A stretch of DNA of 64,000 nucleotides from Chloroflexia bacterium (lineage in GTDB: Bacteria > Chloroflexota > Chloroflexia > QHBQ01 > JADMIH01), in assembly GCA_038203825.1 (NCBI GenBank), contig JBBRDO010000002.1:34617-98616 (forward strand). The letters run 5' to 3'. Below, one piece after another: positions 1 to 10,263 of this stretch (the first letter of the stretch is position 1; each line of letters opens with the position of its first letter). Made by a program: the position numbers and the translations under genes. Under the pieces are notes generated by a model. The model saw nothing but the letters and a program-made list of their open reading frames with translations. It ran no database searches and was not told where the DNA came from.

Positions 1-1
1 T

Positions 2-274
2 TACGACCTGGGTGATATCGGTTGCTGGCTGCTCCTGGCTGTGGCCTGTATGGCCGTCTACGGTCTGCGGCCAAACCTCGAGCGCGCCATCGACTCCGCC
101 TGGCTCAGCGACGTCAAGAACCAGCAGGTGCTGACCGAGCGCGTGTCCCAGCTTCGCCCCATCAAACGCCGCATTGAAATCTTCTTCTCCGTTGGCGTGA
201 TCGTCTTGTTCCTGGCCGGAGCTATCCTCTGGGCCATTCTGATTAGTCTCAACATCATTACGTTCACCGCGTAG
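2..274 (+). CDS. Membrane protein, 5' end outside the window
   Basis: Frame is open from the window start to TAG at 272-274; C-terminal hydrophobic helix (IFFSVGVIVLFLAGAILWAILISL). Confidence 0.55.
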   Translation, partial: YDLGDIGCWLLLAVACMAVYGLRPNLERAIDSAWLSDVKNQQVLTERVSQLRPIKRRIEIFFSVGVIVLFLAGAILWAILISLNIITFTA

Positions 275-324
275 TGTTTCCCTTCCAAGCGGCAAATTAG
301 ACACAACCAACCCGGAGCACGCAG

Positions 325-1146
325 TTGAGCCAGACCCAACAAAAGCAGCCACCGTCACAGAGCCGGAAGTTCCGCATCATCCTCCTGAACGCGATGACGC
401 GTCCCCTGTCAGCGGCTGTGGTAGCTATAACGCTCATCGTAGGCCTCCTGGTCAACCCCTGGTTCTTCGCGGTGGGCGGGGCCTTCTACGCATTCCTCGT
501 TTGGAGCACGCTTCAGGACGCCGGCGAATCGAAGCAGGTCCTGAACGAAGTCCTCTATCCCGAGCGCACGCGCAAACTTGACCTTAATAAGCTGCAAGGC
601 GGCTATCGCGACGCCCTTACGAACGCCCTGAACACCCGCAAGAAGATCGAAACCGCGGTATCCGAAACCGACGACCCCGGCATACGTAAGGCTCTTACCG
701 ACTCAACCGACAACCTGGATGAGCTCACCGGTACGATCTACGACCTCGCACTCAAGGCGCAAAATGTTGAGACATCCCTTCAGGGCTTCCAACTTGACGT
801 GGGCGATGTCCAATCGAGCATTCTAAGCCTGCAAAACCTCGTCAAGAACACCACCGACCCCTTCTCCAAAGGCCAGTATCAGGCCACACTCGAAGGCAAG
901 CAACAACAGCTGAAGAACTACCACGACACCACCGAAGCCCTCAACCGTTGGCACGCCCAGCTGGATAATGCTCTCTCGACCCTGGACACCATCCTGTCTC
1001 AGGTGTTGCGCATCCGCTCGTCCGAAGTGCTATCCCTGTCCTCTGCCACGGACGAGGTATCAACCAGTCTGCGCGACCAGGTGCAACAACTTAAGGCGAC
1101 TTCCGACGCTCTCGATAGCGTCTACGGACTGAGTGACCCCAAATGA
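325..1146 (+). CDS. Hypothetical membrane-anchored coiled-coil protein
   Basis: 273-aa ORF with GGAG before a TTG start, two N-terminal TM helices and a long helical region; stop overlaps the next start (ATGA). Confidence 0.7.
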   Translation: MSQTQQKQPPSQSRKFRIILLNAMTRPLSAAVVAITLIVGLLVNPWFFAVGGAFYAFLVWSTLQDAGESKQVLNEVLYPERTRKLDLNKLQGGYRDALTNALNTRKKIETAVSETDDPGIRKALTDSTDNLDELTGTIYDLALKAQNVETSLQGFQLDVGDVQSSILSLQNLVKNTTDPFSKGQYQATLEGKQQQLKNYHDTTEALNRWHAQLDNALSTLDTILSQVLRIRSSEVLSLSSATDEVSTSLRDQVQQLKATSDALDSVYGLSDPK

Positions 1147-2309
1147 ACGGCTCAACATCCTCTCGCGAGCACCCTGCGATCCGCTTCGTCCTACTCGTAT
1201 GCTTTCTTGCGCTTACAGCTTGCGACTCGGGCCCAAAGCCTACGCCCACTTTTTCGGGCGTAATAAAAGTGGGCGTTGCCTCTCCCTACACGGGCGACAC
1301 CGCAGACGGAGGCATCCAGATCTGGCAGGGCGCGCAACTGGCCGCCGACGAGATCAATGCGCAGGGCGGTCTGCTCGGCAACAAAGTTGAAATCGTGCCT
1401 GCCGACGACTCTGCAGACCCCTCTAAGGCTCAGGCCGTTGCCCGGGGCCTCGTATCGCAGGGTATCGTGGCAGTAATCGGCCACAAAGACAGCGGCGTCT
1501 CGATTCCCGCATCGGCCGTCTACCACGCCGCAGGCATAGTCGAAATCACACCAACCTCCAGCAATCCGCAGTTGACCGCTCAGGGCTTCGATACAGTCTT
1601 CCGGGTCTGTCCCATCGACAAGACACAGGGGCCGGTACTCGCCGAGTTCATGATCCAGAAGCTCGGGCTGAACAAAATCGCCGTCCTCTATGCCAACACC
1701 GCATACGGCGAGGGCCTCAACACCGAGTTCCAGGCGCGGGCAAGTGCCCTCGGTATTACGCCCGTTTTGACCCAGCAAATTAATCGCGGAGACAAAGACT
1801 TCAGCGCCGCGCTAAACGCAATCCAGCCCCTCAACCCGCAGGCCATCTTCTACGCGGGAAGCCTGCCTGAGGCCATCATCATAGTGCAGCAAATGAAAGA
1901 GCTTGGCATCAAAGCCACATTCGTCGGCGGCGACACCCTCTTCCAACCTGAATTTGCGCTTCAAGCCGGAACCGCCTCCGAGGGTGCCTACGTCTCCTCG
2001 TTCTTCCCCGACCTGTCCCAGTCAAGTGACCAGGCAGCCAAAAATTGGATTGCCTCCTACAGGGACACCTTCAAGCGCGATCCCGGCGGTAACTCCTCAG
2101 GCGGCTACGTCGCAGCAATGTCCGCGTTCCAGGCAATAAAGAACGCCAACTCAACTAACTCCGGGCAAATAAAAGCCGCGCTAAAGAAACTGGACATGTC
2201 CAGCTTCATCGGGCGCATTGCGTTTGATGCCAACGGAGATTTGCAGGATCAGCGCGCCCACCTCCACCTCTTCCAGGTGAAAGATGGGGAGTTCGTCGCC
2301 GTTCCCTAG
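1143..2309 (+). CDS. Branched-chain amino acid ABC transporter substrate-binding lipoprotein (LivK/LivJ family)
   Basis: Lipobox LTAC; motifs IKVGVASPYTG, GAQLAADEINAQGGLLG, FRVCPID and IAFDANGD. Confidence 0.9.
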   Translation: MNGSTSSREHPAIRFVLLVCFLALTACDSGPKPTPTFSGVIKVGVASPYTGDTADGGIQIWQGAQLAADEINAQGGLLGNKVEIVPADDSADPSKAQAVARGLVSQGIVAVIGHKDSGVSIPASAVYHAAGIVEITPTSSNPQLTAQGFDTVFRVCPIDKTQGPVLAEFMIQKLGLNKIAVLYANTAYGEGLNTEFQARASALGITPVLTQQINRGDKDFSAALNAIQPLNPQAIFYAGSLPEAIIIVQQMKELGIKATFVGGDTLFQPEFALQAGTASEGAYVSSFFPDLSQSSDQAAKNWIASYRDTFKRDPGGNSSGGYVAAMSAFQAIKNANSTNSGQIKAALKKLDMSSFIGRIAFDANGDLQDQRAHLHLFQVKDGEFVAVP

Positions 2310-2331
2310 CCCAGTCTACCAGCCGATCTGA

Positions 2332-2937
2332 CTAGCTTTCCTTCTCCATCTCACTGGCGAGCAAGATAGCTTCGGCAACTTCGCGCATGCTCTTGCGGGT
2401 GTCCATGCTGCGCTTCTGAATGCGGCGAAACGCGTCGGCCTCTGATAGACCAAAGCGGTCCATCAGCATCCCCTTTGCGCGGTCAATAACCTTGCGCGCC
2501 TCCAGGGCCTCCTTCATGTCGCCGAGTTCCTTGTGAAGTTGCTGAAATTCGCGGAAGCGTCCCAGGGTCACTTCAATAGCCGGCCCAAGCTGAGCCTCCC
2601 GGAAGGGCTTAACGAGATACCCCACCACGCCCGCCTCTGTCGCTCTCCGCACCAGTTCAGGCTCGCTATAAGCGGTTAGCAGCAACACCGGTGCTATGCT
2701 CTCCTGCGTCAGCGCCTGGGCCGCCTCGATGCCGTCCATCTCGGGCATCCTGATATCCATTATCACCAGTTCCGGCTTGAGGTCGCGAGCCAGCGCTACG
2801 GCGTTCTTGCCATCGGCCGCCTCGCCCACCACCTGATAGTTCAGGTCGGTCAGCATTTCTCTCAAGTCCATACGAATGATCGGATCGTCGTCCGCTATCA
2901 CCACTCGCGCCAATGTCTTTGCTGTTGGTCCTGTCAA
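2332..2937 (-). CDS. Response regulator with REC and ANTAR domains (PdtaR/EutV/NasT-like)
   Basis: VIADDD, MDIRMP and YLVKPF receiver motifs; ANTAR motif RKVIDRAKGMLM...AFRRIQKRSMD; AGGAG 8 nt before TTG at 2937. Confidence 0.9.
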   Translation of the reverse strand: MTGPTAKTLARVVIADDDPIIRMDLREMLTDLNYQVVGEAADGKNAVALARDLKPELVIMDIRMPEMDGIEAAQALTQESIAPVLLLTAYSEPELVRRATEAGVVGYLVKPFREAQLGPAIEVTLGRFREFQQLHKELGDMKEALEARKVIDRAKGMLMDRFGLSEADAFRRIQKRSMDTRKSMREVAEAILLASEMEKES

Positions 2938-3100
2938 ATCACACACTCCTACACGTTTCGTCGAACATCTATCCAGCATCAATTATAACACGAAGCACTA
3001 CCCTTTCAGCCCCCCGCCAGCGCCGTTTCTTGGCCGTCCGAAATCCACCCAAATGGGCATAACCACGCTCATACCCTAACCATTATGGTATAATTGCCTT

Positions 3101-4483
3101 ATGCACAAACGTTCTAATTCAACGCTGGAACTGCTCAAAGAAACGACAAATACCGGGCAGGGCGTGCCACCTGGAAACGCGGCTATAACCCGCCCTGGCG
3201 TCCCTCTCGCGGCGAGAATGCGCCCGCGCTTACTCGACGAGATCGTCGGGCAGGAACATCTGCTTGCCCCTGGAAAGACCCTTCGTCGCGCCATCGAAGC
3301 CGATCGCCTCCCTTCGCTCGTTTTGTGGGGACCTCCAGGCAGCGGCAAAACCACTGTCGCGCAGGTGGTTGCCAACAGCACCAACGCCTATTTCGCGCCC
3401 GTAAGTGCCGTATCAGCAGGCGTCGCTGATCTCCGCCGCATCGTCAAGGAAGCCGCCGAAAGGCTCGGCGACAACGGTCGGCGCACAATCCTATTTATTG
3501 ACGAGATCCACCGCTTCAACAAGAGCCAGCAGGACGCCATCCTTCCCTACGTCGAAGAAGGCACCGTTACCCTTATCGGCGCGACCACCGAAAACCCATC
3601 CTTCGAGGTAAACTCTGCCTTGCTCTCCCGTTCGCGTGTTGTAGTCCTCCACCCTCTGAAGGCCGAACACCTCGAACGCATTATGCAAATCGCCCTGTCT
3701 GACGAGGAGCGCGGCCTGGGTACACTCCACGCCCACCTCACCGACGACGCGCTCCAACATCTGCTGTCTGTCGCTGATGGTGATGCGCGTTCCCTGCTCA
3801 ACACTCTCGAATTGGCAGCAATATCCACGCAGCCCGACGCCGATGGCACCCGAACTGTCACGGTCGATGCCGTAGAAGACGCCGCCCAGCAGCGTTGGAT
3901 GCAATACGACAAAGCCGGCGACGGCCACTACGACACCATCTCCGCCCTCCACAAGTCGGTCCGCGACTCCGACCCCGACGGCTCGCTCTACTGGCTGGCC
4001 CGGATGCTTGAGGCCGGCGAGGATCCCCTCTACGTGGCCCGTCGCGTGGTTCGCATGGCGACTGAAGACATCGGCATGGCCGATCCCCACGCCCTCACGC
4101 TCTGCATGGCGGCCCAACAGGCCATCCATTTTCTAGGTATGCCCGAAGGCGAGCTTGCCCTCGCCGAGGCCGTCGTCTACCTGGCCGTCGCTCCGAAGAG
4201 CAACGCTGTCTACACCGCATACAAACTTATCAAAGATGATGTTGGCCGCACCCGCAACGAGCCGGTCCCTATGCATCTGCGTAATGCCCCCACCGGCCTC
4301 ATGAAGGGGCTGGGCTACGGAAAGGGCTATAAGTACGCCCACGACTACGAAAATGCCGAAGTTGAACAGGACCACCTGCCCCAGTCTCTAACCGGCCGCC
4401 ACTATTACCACCCAACCGATCGAGGGCACGAGGCACGTATCCGCCAGAAGCTTGAAGAGAGGCACGCTACAAAAGAAACGTAG
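3101..4483 (+). CDS. rarA: Replication-associated recombination protein A (MgsA/RarA AAA+ ATPase)
   Basis: PLAARMRP, Walker [55 protein letters not shown]. Confidence 0.96.
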   Translation: MHKRSNSTLELLKETTNTGQGVPPGNAAITRPGVPLAARMRPRLLDEIVGQEHLLAPGKTLRRAIEADRLPSLVLWGPPGSGKTTVAQVVANSTNAYFAPVSAVSAGVADLRRIVKEAAERLGDNGRRTILFIDEIHRFNKSQQDAILPYVEEGTVTLIGATTENPSFEVNSALLSRSRVVVLHPLKAEHLERIMQIALSDEERGLGTLHAHLTDDALQHLLSVADGDARSLLNTLELAAISTQPDADGTRTVTVDAVEDAAQQRWMQYDKAGDGHYDTISALHKSVRDSDPDGSLYWLARMLEAGEDPLYVARRVVRMATEDIGMADPHALTLCMAAQQAIHFLGMPEGELALAEAVVYLAVAPKSNAVYTAYKLIKDDVGRTRNEPVPMHLRNAPTGLMKGLGYGKGYKYAHDYENAEVEQDHLPQSLTGRHYYHPTDRGHEARIRQKLEERHATKET

Positions 4484-4536
4484 CCATCGGGCTCGATCCC
4501 GTGCCCGCAGTTAGAATGTCACTTTAGATTACCAAC

Positions 4537-7500
4537 ATGGACTTTACCTGGCTCGCAATCTTCGGCGCAATCTTGCTCCTCCTGGGGCTAGGTGTGCTGG
4601 CGTATGACGCGCTCAGGCGCTCGCGCGGCAACCAGGCTTATCCCTTTCCGGACGATACCACCCATGCCCTTGATGAGACCGCCGTTCAGGCACTCCTCAC
4701 GCCGCAGCCTCCTCCGGCCCGGCTGTTCCCATTTCCACACTCATTCGCACCGGCATTGCAGCGGCTTCGTGGCCAGGCAATGCAGCGCCTATTTTCCCGA
4801 TCCCCTCAAGTAGTGCCGGCCTCTCGAACTTCACTCGACCTCTTCACCCGCGTCGTAACCGCGATACCACGCCGCGCCTTGCTGCTCATAATGACCGGCT
4901 CGCTCGTACTGATATTCCTCAGCGTCACCATGCTGGTCACGGGCGCTACCGGCCCCGCAAAACAGACGGAAGTCATCATCGGCATAGCCCACTTTGCAAA
5001 CGCGCAAAGCACTGCTGATCCCGTGGACAAGCTCTCGAACGACATTCTCACGAGCGCGACAAGCGCGGGTCTGACGCAGGTCGTCGTGAGGCAGTCGAAG
5101 ATAACGCCCCTCAACACATCGCAGGCGCAGACCGAGCGTAATCGCCTATCGGCAGACATCTTGATCTGGGGAGATTTCGGCCCAGCCGGCGCTGTCACCG
5201 CCAATGTGACCCTCGCCCCCAGCTTCTCTGCGGCCCTCCAACCCTGGCAGCTATATACCGATCCTGACCCCTCCCTTCTGCTCTTGCCGTCCGACTCTAC
5301 CTTCTACCTCCTCGCTGGGCACGGCCTCGACCCACTGGTGCCTCTCTCACTGGGGCTTGTGCACTGGACAGCAGGCAACTTCGCCGCCGCATCAGATGCC
5401 GCGTGGGGAGCGCAGGCCACCCTCGACGCCAACGGCGGCACCAGCCCCACACGCTTCCCATCCATCCTCGAAGCGAACTCGCAAATAGCCCTCGGCAAAT
5501 ACAGCGATGCACGCAGCACGATTGACAACACTGAGACCGCCGGCGCCTTGACCCCTCTAGCCCTCGTCATCCGCTCCAATACACGCCTGCTCGTCCAGGA
5601 TTTTGCCGGCGCAAGCGATGATGCCAACCGCGTAATTGACGACCGCGACTCGTCAAACCTGATCCTCTCCCGCGCATATCTCCTGCGCGGCAGAGCGCGC
5701 TACAACACAGGCGATCTCTCTGGCGCTCTCGACGACTTGAACACCACCACCAGGCTCGATCCAACTCTCTTGCGCGTCTCCCTTGACCGCGCCGAAACCT
5801 ATTACCGCCAGGCACAACCCAGTCTTGCCGCCGGCCAGCTCGACACACTTATCAGGGCCGCACCAGGCGCCGTTACCGCTTACCGCCTGAGCGGCCTCGT
5901 GCACCTGATGCTGGGCCAGCCCGAAGTTGCCCTCGACCCCCTGGGCAAAGCACGTGCCCTCTACACCAACTGGATTAACGGCCAACGCAAAGATGAGGCC
6001 CAGGCCGAGAGCCTCGGTGACACCTCACGCGCCCATGCCGCCTCCGACAACATCGTGAATCTCAACAAAGGGCTGGCGGGCATCGCCCTGTATGAGGGCA
6101 TGGCCTACGCCGATACCGCCCGCACCGAGCCCCACGAAAGCTTTCTCGCCGGTCTCTGGCGCGGCATACGCGGCGAGCCATCCACCTCAGAACGCGCCAT
6201 CGCGAAGATGCAGGAAGCCGCGCGGCTCGACCCCCACCGTCCCGACGTCCCCCTCCAACTCGGCAGCCTCTACACATTCCTGAACCAGTACGACAATGCC
6301 GAACAGAACCTGAAACTGGCACAAAGCCTGGACCCGTCACTGCCCGAACCCTATTTGGCTCTCGCCCACCTGCAAGAAGCTATGGCAAAGCCCGCGGACG
6401 CGATTTCCACCCTGAACGACCTCATTGGTAGGCTGCCTGCACAATACCCCGCATACGACGACCTCTACAACCTGTACATCGCTACCGGCGACGAGCAATC
6501 CGCGCGTGACGCCCTGCAGCGCGCGCTCTCTGTACCCCCGCAATCCGCAGCCGATCACCTCTGGCATGGTAAGTTCCTCATTACCCTCAACCGCCCCGAC
6601 GACGCCATACCTGAGCTGCAAGCCGCCGCCACCGACCCTGAAACGTGGGAGGCCCACCTTCTACTCGGCATCATCTACCTCGACAAAGGACGTGGCCCCG
6701 ACGCCCTCGCCCAGTACCAGGCCGTGCTCGCGGTTCAGCCCAACAACGAAACGGCCCTCCTGAACGCGGGCAAACTGCTGGTGCTCGCTGGCAACGCCGA
6801 CGATGCTCAGACACTTTTCGAGCGCCTGACCGCTGTTGTTCCCGCGAACGTCGACGCCCATATCGCCCTCCTGCAACTTCTGTTGTCCAGGGGCCAACTC
6901 GACCGGGCGGTTGCAGAAGGCGGCAAGGCTGTCGCCGCTGGGCCCGCACGTGCCGACGCCTATTTCTACCTGGGTGTCGCCTACGAAGCCAAGGAAGACT
7001 GGCCTCGTGCTTCCGCAGCCTACCAGGCAGCCGCCCAGCGCGACGCCAGGGACTTCCAATCCTTTATCAACTGGTCACGTACCCTCTATAACCAGGACCA
7101 GTACGCCGACTCGCTCTCGGTCGCAAGGCAGGCATCTGCGCTCCGCCCCGACGACCATCAGTCTTACAGGTGGCAGGCACAGTCTCAGCTAGCCCTGGGC
7201 GATACCGATGGTGCACTAACCAATCTTGCTGAGGCGCTGCGTCTGCGTGCTGACGACGCGGATGCTCTGGCCCTGACTTCTCGCGTCTATCTAGCCAAAG
7301 GCGATACTCAAACCGCGCTTCAGTATGCTCATCAATCAATACAGGCAAGCACCGCCGACACTGCGGGTATGATTGCTTTGGGCGAGGTCCAACTGGCCAT
7401 GCGCGACACCGCCTCGGCCCTGCAATCATTCGGAACGGCCGTCGAAGTCGCCACTCCGCCGCGCGATGCGGCCCTTGCGCTAACCGGGCAGGGCCGCGCC

Positions 7501-8025
7501 TACGCTCTCGCCAACAACCGCGACAAAGCTATCCAGGCCTACACCGCCGCCACGCAGCGTGCCCCCATGCTGGCCGAACCCTACCTTTACGCAGGCAATC
7601 TCTACACAGACGCAGGACAGGCCACCGACGCGCTCAAGCAGTACCGGCAGGCGGTCTCCCTACGCCCCAACTGGCCCCTTGCGCTATACTATCTTGGTAT
7701 GACCTATCTCCAGAACCGCGACCTGACCAACGCCCAGGGCGCTTTCGACAAAGCCGTCAAATACTCTCCCTCCATGTACGAGGCTTGGTTCGGCCTTGGC
7801 CTTGCCCAGCGCGACAGCGGCCAGCCCCAGCCCGCCATTCAATCCCTGCAAAAGGCAACGGGCCTACACCCTGCCTATCCCGAAGCCTGGCTCTATCTCG
7901 GCCTGACGCTCGAAGAAACAGGCGACCGCGCAGGAGCAGCCACTGCCTTCACCCAGGCGAACGACACCGCCACCACCGACGCCCTACGTCAGCAAGCCAC
8001 CGAAGGATTGGCGCGCGTCAAGTGA
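4537..8025 (+). CDS. Large membrane-anchored tetratricopeptide repeat protein
   Basis: Two hydrophobic segments followed by many 34-aa TPR-like repeats (e.g. AYFYLGVAYEAKEDW, AWFGLGLAQ, AWLYLGLTL). Confidence 0.88.
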   Translation: MDFTWLAIFGAILLLLGLGVLAYDALRRSRGNQAYPFPDDTTHALDETAVQALLTPQPPPARLFPFPHSFAPALQRLRGQAMQRLFSRSPQVVPASRTSLDLFTRVVTAIPRRALLLIMTGSLVLIFLSVTMLVTGATGPAKQTEVIIGIAHFANAQSTADPVDKLSNDILTSATSAGLTQVVVRQSKITPLNTSQAQTERNRLSADILIWGDFGPAGAVTANVTLAPSFSAALQPWQLYTDPDPSLLLLPSDSTFYLLAGHGLDPLVPLSLGLVHWTAGNFAAASDAAWGAQATLDANGGTSPTRFPSILEANSQIALGKYSDARSTIDNTETAGALTPLALVIRSNTRLLVQDFAGASDDANRVIDDRDSSNLILSRAYLLRGRARYNTGDLSGALDDLNTTTRLDPTLLRVSLDRAETYYRQAQPSLAAGQLDTLIRAAPGAVTAYRLSGLVHLMLGQPEVALDPLGKARALYTNWINGQRKDEAQAESLGDTSRAHAASDNIVNLNKGLAGIALYEGMAYADTARTEPHESFLAGLWRGIRGEPSTSERAIAKMQEAARLDPHRPDVPLQLGSLYTFLNQYDNAEQNLKLAQSLDPSLPEPYLALAHLQEAMAKPADAISTLNDLIGRLPAQYPAYDDLYNLYIATGDEQSARDALQRALSVPPQSAADHLWHGKFLITLNRPDDAIPELQAAATDPETWEAHLLLGIIYLDKGRGPDALAQYQAVLAVQPNNETALLNAGKLLVLAGNADDAQTLFERLTAVVPANVDAHIALLQLLLSRGQLDRAVAEGGKAVAAGPARADAYFYLGVAYEAKEDWPRASAAYQAAAQRDARDFQSFINWSRTLYNQDQYADSLSVARQASALRPDDHQSYRWQAQSQLALGDTDGALTNLAEALRLRADDADALALTSRVYLAKGDTQTALQYAHQSIQASTADTAGMIALGEVQLAMRDTASALQSFGTAVEVATPPRDAALALTGQGRAYALANNRDKAIQAYTAATQRAPMLAEPYLYAGNLYTDAGQATDALKQYRQAVSLRPNWPLALYYLGMTYLQNRDLTNAQGAFDKAVKYSPSMYEAWFGLGLAQRDSGQPQPAIQSLQKATGLHPAYPEAWLYLGLTLEETGDRAGAATAFTQANDTATTDALRQQATEGLARVK

Positions 8026-8047
8026 TTCGCGCCCGCGGAATAGTACC

Positions 8048-10192
8048 TTGGCTCTACTGACGCATCACGACGACGCTCCTGCCGCCATGGCCGCTCCGGA
8101 CACTCGCTTGCGCGAGACCATCCTGAACGCTGCTGCCGTTTCATTAGCATGTCTGGTCTTTCTAGCTATTGCGCTTTACCAGCTTACGTTGCCCGGCCTC
8201 TACGCCGACGAAGCCTTCGACGTGATCCCTGCCATGCAAATCGTGCTCGGCCATTCCGTCGAGCTACAGCGCAACGTTGGCCTGCACCTCTTCGGCCTCA
8301 GCCTGCCGCTCATGTCCAGTAGCGACTATCAGGGCGTCACAAGCACTTATCTTGTGCTCCCCTTCTTCGCTATGTTTGGCATTAATGTCGTTTCCCTTCG
8401 TCTGATGACAGTCAGCGTAGGAGTGCTTGGCATAATCCTCACCTTCTTCCTTGCCCGCAGGTGGTTCGGCTCGAACGTTGCCCGCCTCAGTGTACTGATG
8501 CTCGCCACGTCACCTGCCTGGGTGTTCTGGAGCAGGCTGGGCGTCTACGTCGTTTCCCAGGTCATGCCCATTGCCGCCGGCTCACTCATAGCCTTCACTG
8601 CTTGGGTGCGCCGTCGCCCCTTCGCCAGCCGCAATGCCCCCCTGTACCTTGGCATGTTCCTGCTCGGCCTCGGCCTCACGACCAAGATTCTGTTCATCTG
8701 GTTCATCGCCGCCATGCCTCTACTGGTAGTAATTCTTTATGGCCGCAGCCTGTGGGAATCGCGCCGCGACTGGCTCCGCGAGCGCGGTCATTGGCTACAG
8801 CTTGCCTTCATGTCTGCTCTCTCCTTCTGCGCTGGAGCCTCCCCCTTTATCCTCTACAATATTCTGTCCGGCGGCACATTCGACCTCATCCGTTCCACGC
8901 TCTCGGCTCCCGGCACCTCCAACGGCATCGATAACTCCGCACTCCTGCGCAACCTCTGGACCCGCGTTGACAACTTCCGCGAATTGCTCGACGGCGGCTA
9001 TTTCTGGTTCCAGGCCGTGCCCGGCACGAGCCACGCCAACCCGCTCACCCCCTCCCTCTTTGTCATCTCCGCTGCCGGCCTGCTGGTAATGATTCTGCTA
9101 AGCCGCGCTCGTACCACCCCCTTCGGGTTCCGCTTAGCAGGTATTCGCTTAGTCGCTGCCATTACGCTCGCATTGTCCCTAGTGCTCTGCCTGTTCCTGG
9201 CAACCGGCATTCTTACCGGCAAAGAGACATCCATCCTTGTGCTGCTGGCAATTGCATTAGCTCTGGTCGGAGTCGTCATCTACTTAGCGTCCGTACTTCA
9301 AGAGCCTGAAAGCTGGACCTCGAGCGCGGCTGGCCTGCTCGTGCTCATGCTTGTATCAGGTACCGTCTGGTGGGTGCTCGCCGCAGGCAGGCCCCCCGGG
9401 CGCGCACCTGATGCGCTACTCGGGCTTTGGCCCATCGACGCGGCTGGCGCGATCGCGTGGATAGCTGGCGGGGGCTTGTTGCTACTTCTCGGTTGGGACA
9501 GGCACCCAGCTACTGGCCAGCGAGCCGTCACCGCCGTCCTAGCCCTGATCGGACTGGTCGTAGGCCAAAGCGTGCTGACCGTGTCCGGGCTGTGGAGCAC
9601 GCACCTGATAGTGCTTTTCCCGTTGCCCCAGATGGTGATCGCCACTTTCGCGGCGTCACTGGCCACGCTCGCGTATGCACGGCTCCGCAACCTCCAGCTC
9701 TCGTGGGCAAGGGCCGCAGCATACGCGCTGCCCCTGCTTCTTACAGTCGGTTCGATCCTCTTCTTCGACCTGCGCACCTCCCTCCATTACCAGCGCGATC
9801 TCGGCGTTACGGGTGGCAGTTCCACCTTCTCCGACTCGATATATTCCCTCGCGACATATCTGGACACACGCCAACCTCCCACTAAGGTCGTCAGCCTCGA
9901 CTGGGGAATCAAGCGCCCAATCCAGTTCCTTACTCTGGAGCGCGTTAACCCACTTGACGCCTACGGGTACGAAGCAGTCCCAAGTCAGGCCACTATTGAC
10001 AGCATAACTGCATTGGTGCAAGAATCGGGTGATCTCTACCTGTTCCACGACGCGCAGGCTGGTGTAGCTTACCCGCGCTTCGATCTCTTCCAGCAGAAAG
10101 CGCAGGAGATAGGAAAACGGCCCGTTCTTGACCGCATATTCTACTCGCGCAATGGCCTGCCTGTGTACCGGGTCTATTCGCTAGCCCCCTGA
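8048..10192 (+). CDS. GT-C fold membrane glycosyltransferase (GT39/ArnT/PMT-like)
   Basis: PGLYADEA motif after TM1; LPFFAMFGINVVSLRL; many TM helices; C-terminal DWG soluble domain. Confidence 0.8.
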   Translation: MALLTHHDDAPAAMAAPDTRLRETILNAAAVSLACLVFLAIALYQLTLPGLYADEAFDVIPAMQIVLGHSVELQRNVGLHLFGLSLPLMSSSDYQGVTSTYLVLPFFAMFGINVVSLRLMTVSVGVLGIILTFFLARRWFGSNVARLSVLMLATSPAWVFWSRLGVYVVSQVMPIAAGSLIAFTAWVRRRPFASRNAPLYLGMFLLGLGLTTKILFIWFIAAMPLLVVILYGRSLWESRRDWLRERGHWLQLAFMSALSFCAGASPFILYNILSGGTFDLIRSTLSAPGTSNGIDNSALLRNLWTRVDNFRELLDGGYFWFQAVPGTSHANPLTPSLFVISAAGLLVMILLSRARTTPFGFRLAGIRLVAAITLALSLVLCLFLATGILTGKETSILVLLAIALALVGVVIYLASVLQEPESWTSSAAGLLVLMLVSGTVWWVLAAGRPPGRAPDALLGLWPIDAAGAIAWIAGGGLLLLLGWDRHPATGQRAVTAVLALIGLVVGQSVLTVSGLWSTHLIVLFPLPQMVIATFAASLATLAYARLRNLQLSWARAAAYALPLLLTVGSILFFDLRTSLHYQRDLGVTGGSSTFSDSIYSLATYLDTRQPPTKVVSLDWGIKRPIQFLTLERVNPLDAYGYEAVPSQATIDSITALVQESGDLYLFHDAQAGVAYPRFDLFQQKAQEIGKRPVLDRIFYSRNGLPVYRVYSLAP

Positions 10193-10204
10193 CGGGTTAA
10201 GCTC

Positions 10205-10237
10205 GAAGGGACAATCCCCTTCATGGATTGTCCCTTC
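10205..10237. terminator. Hairpin between convergent genes, probable bidirectional terminator
   Basis: GAAGGGACAATCC / GGATTGTCCCTTC, 13-bp perfect stem. Confidence 0.7.
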
Positions 10238-10263
10238 CTAACACTATCGCCTGGCGCAGCGCG

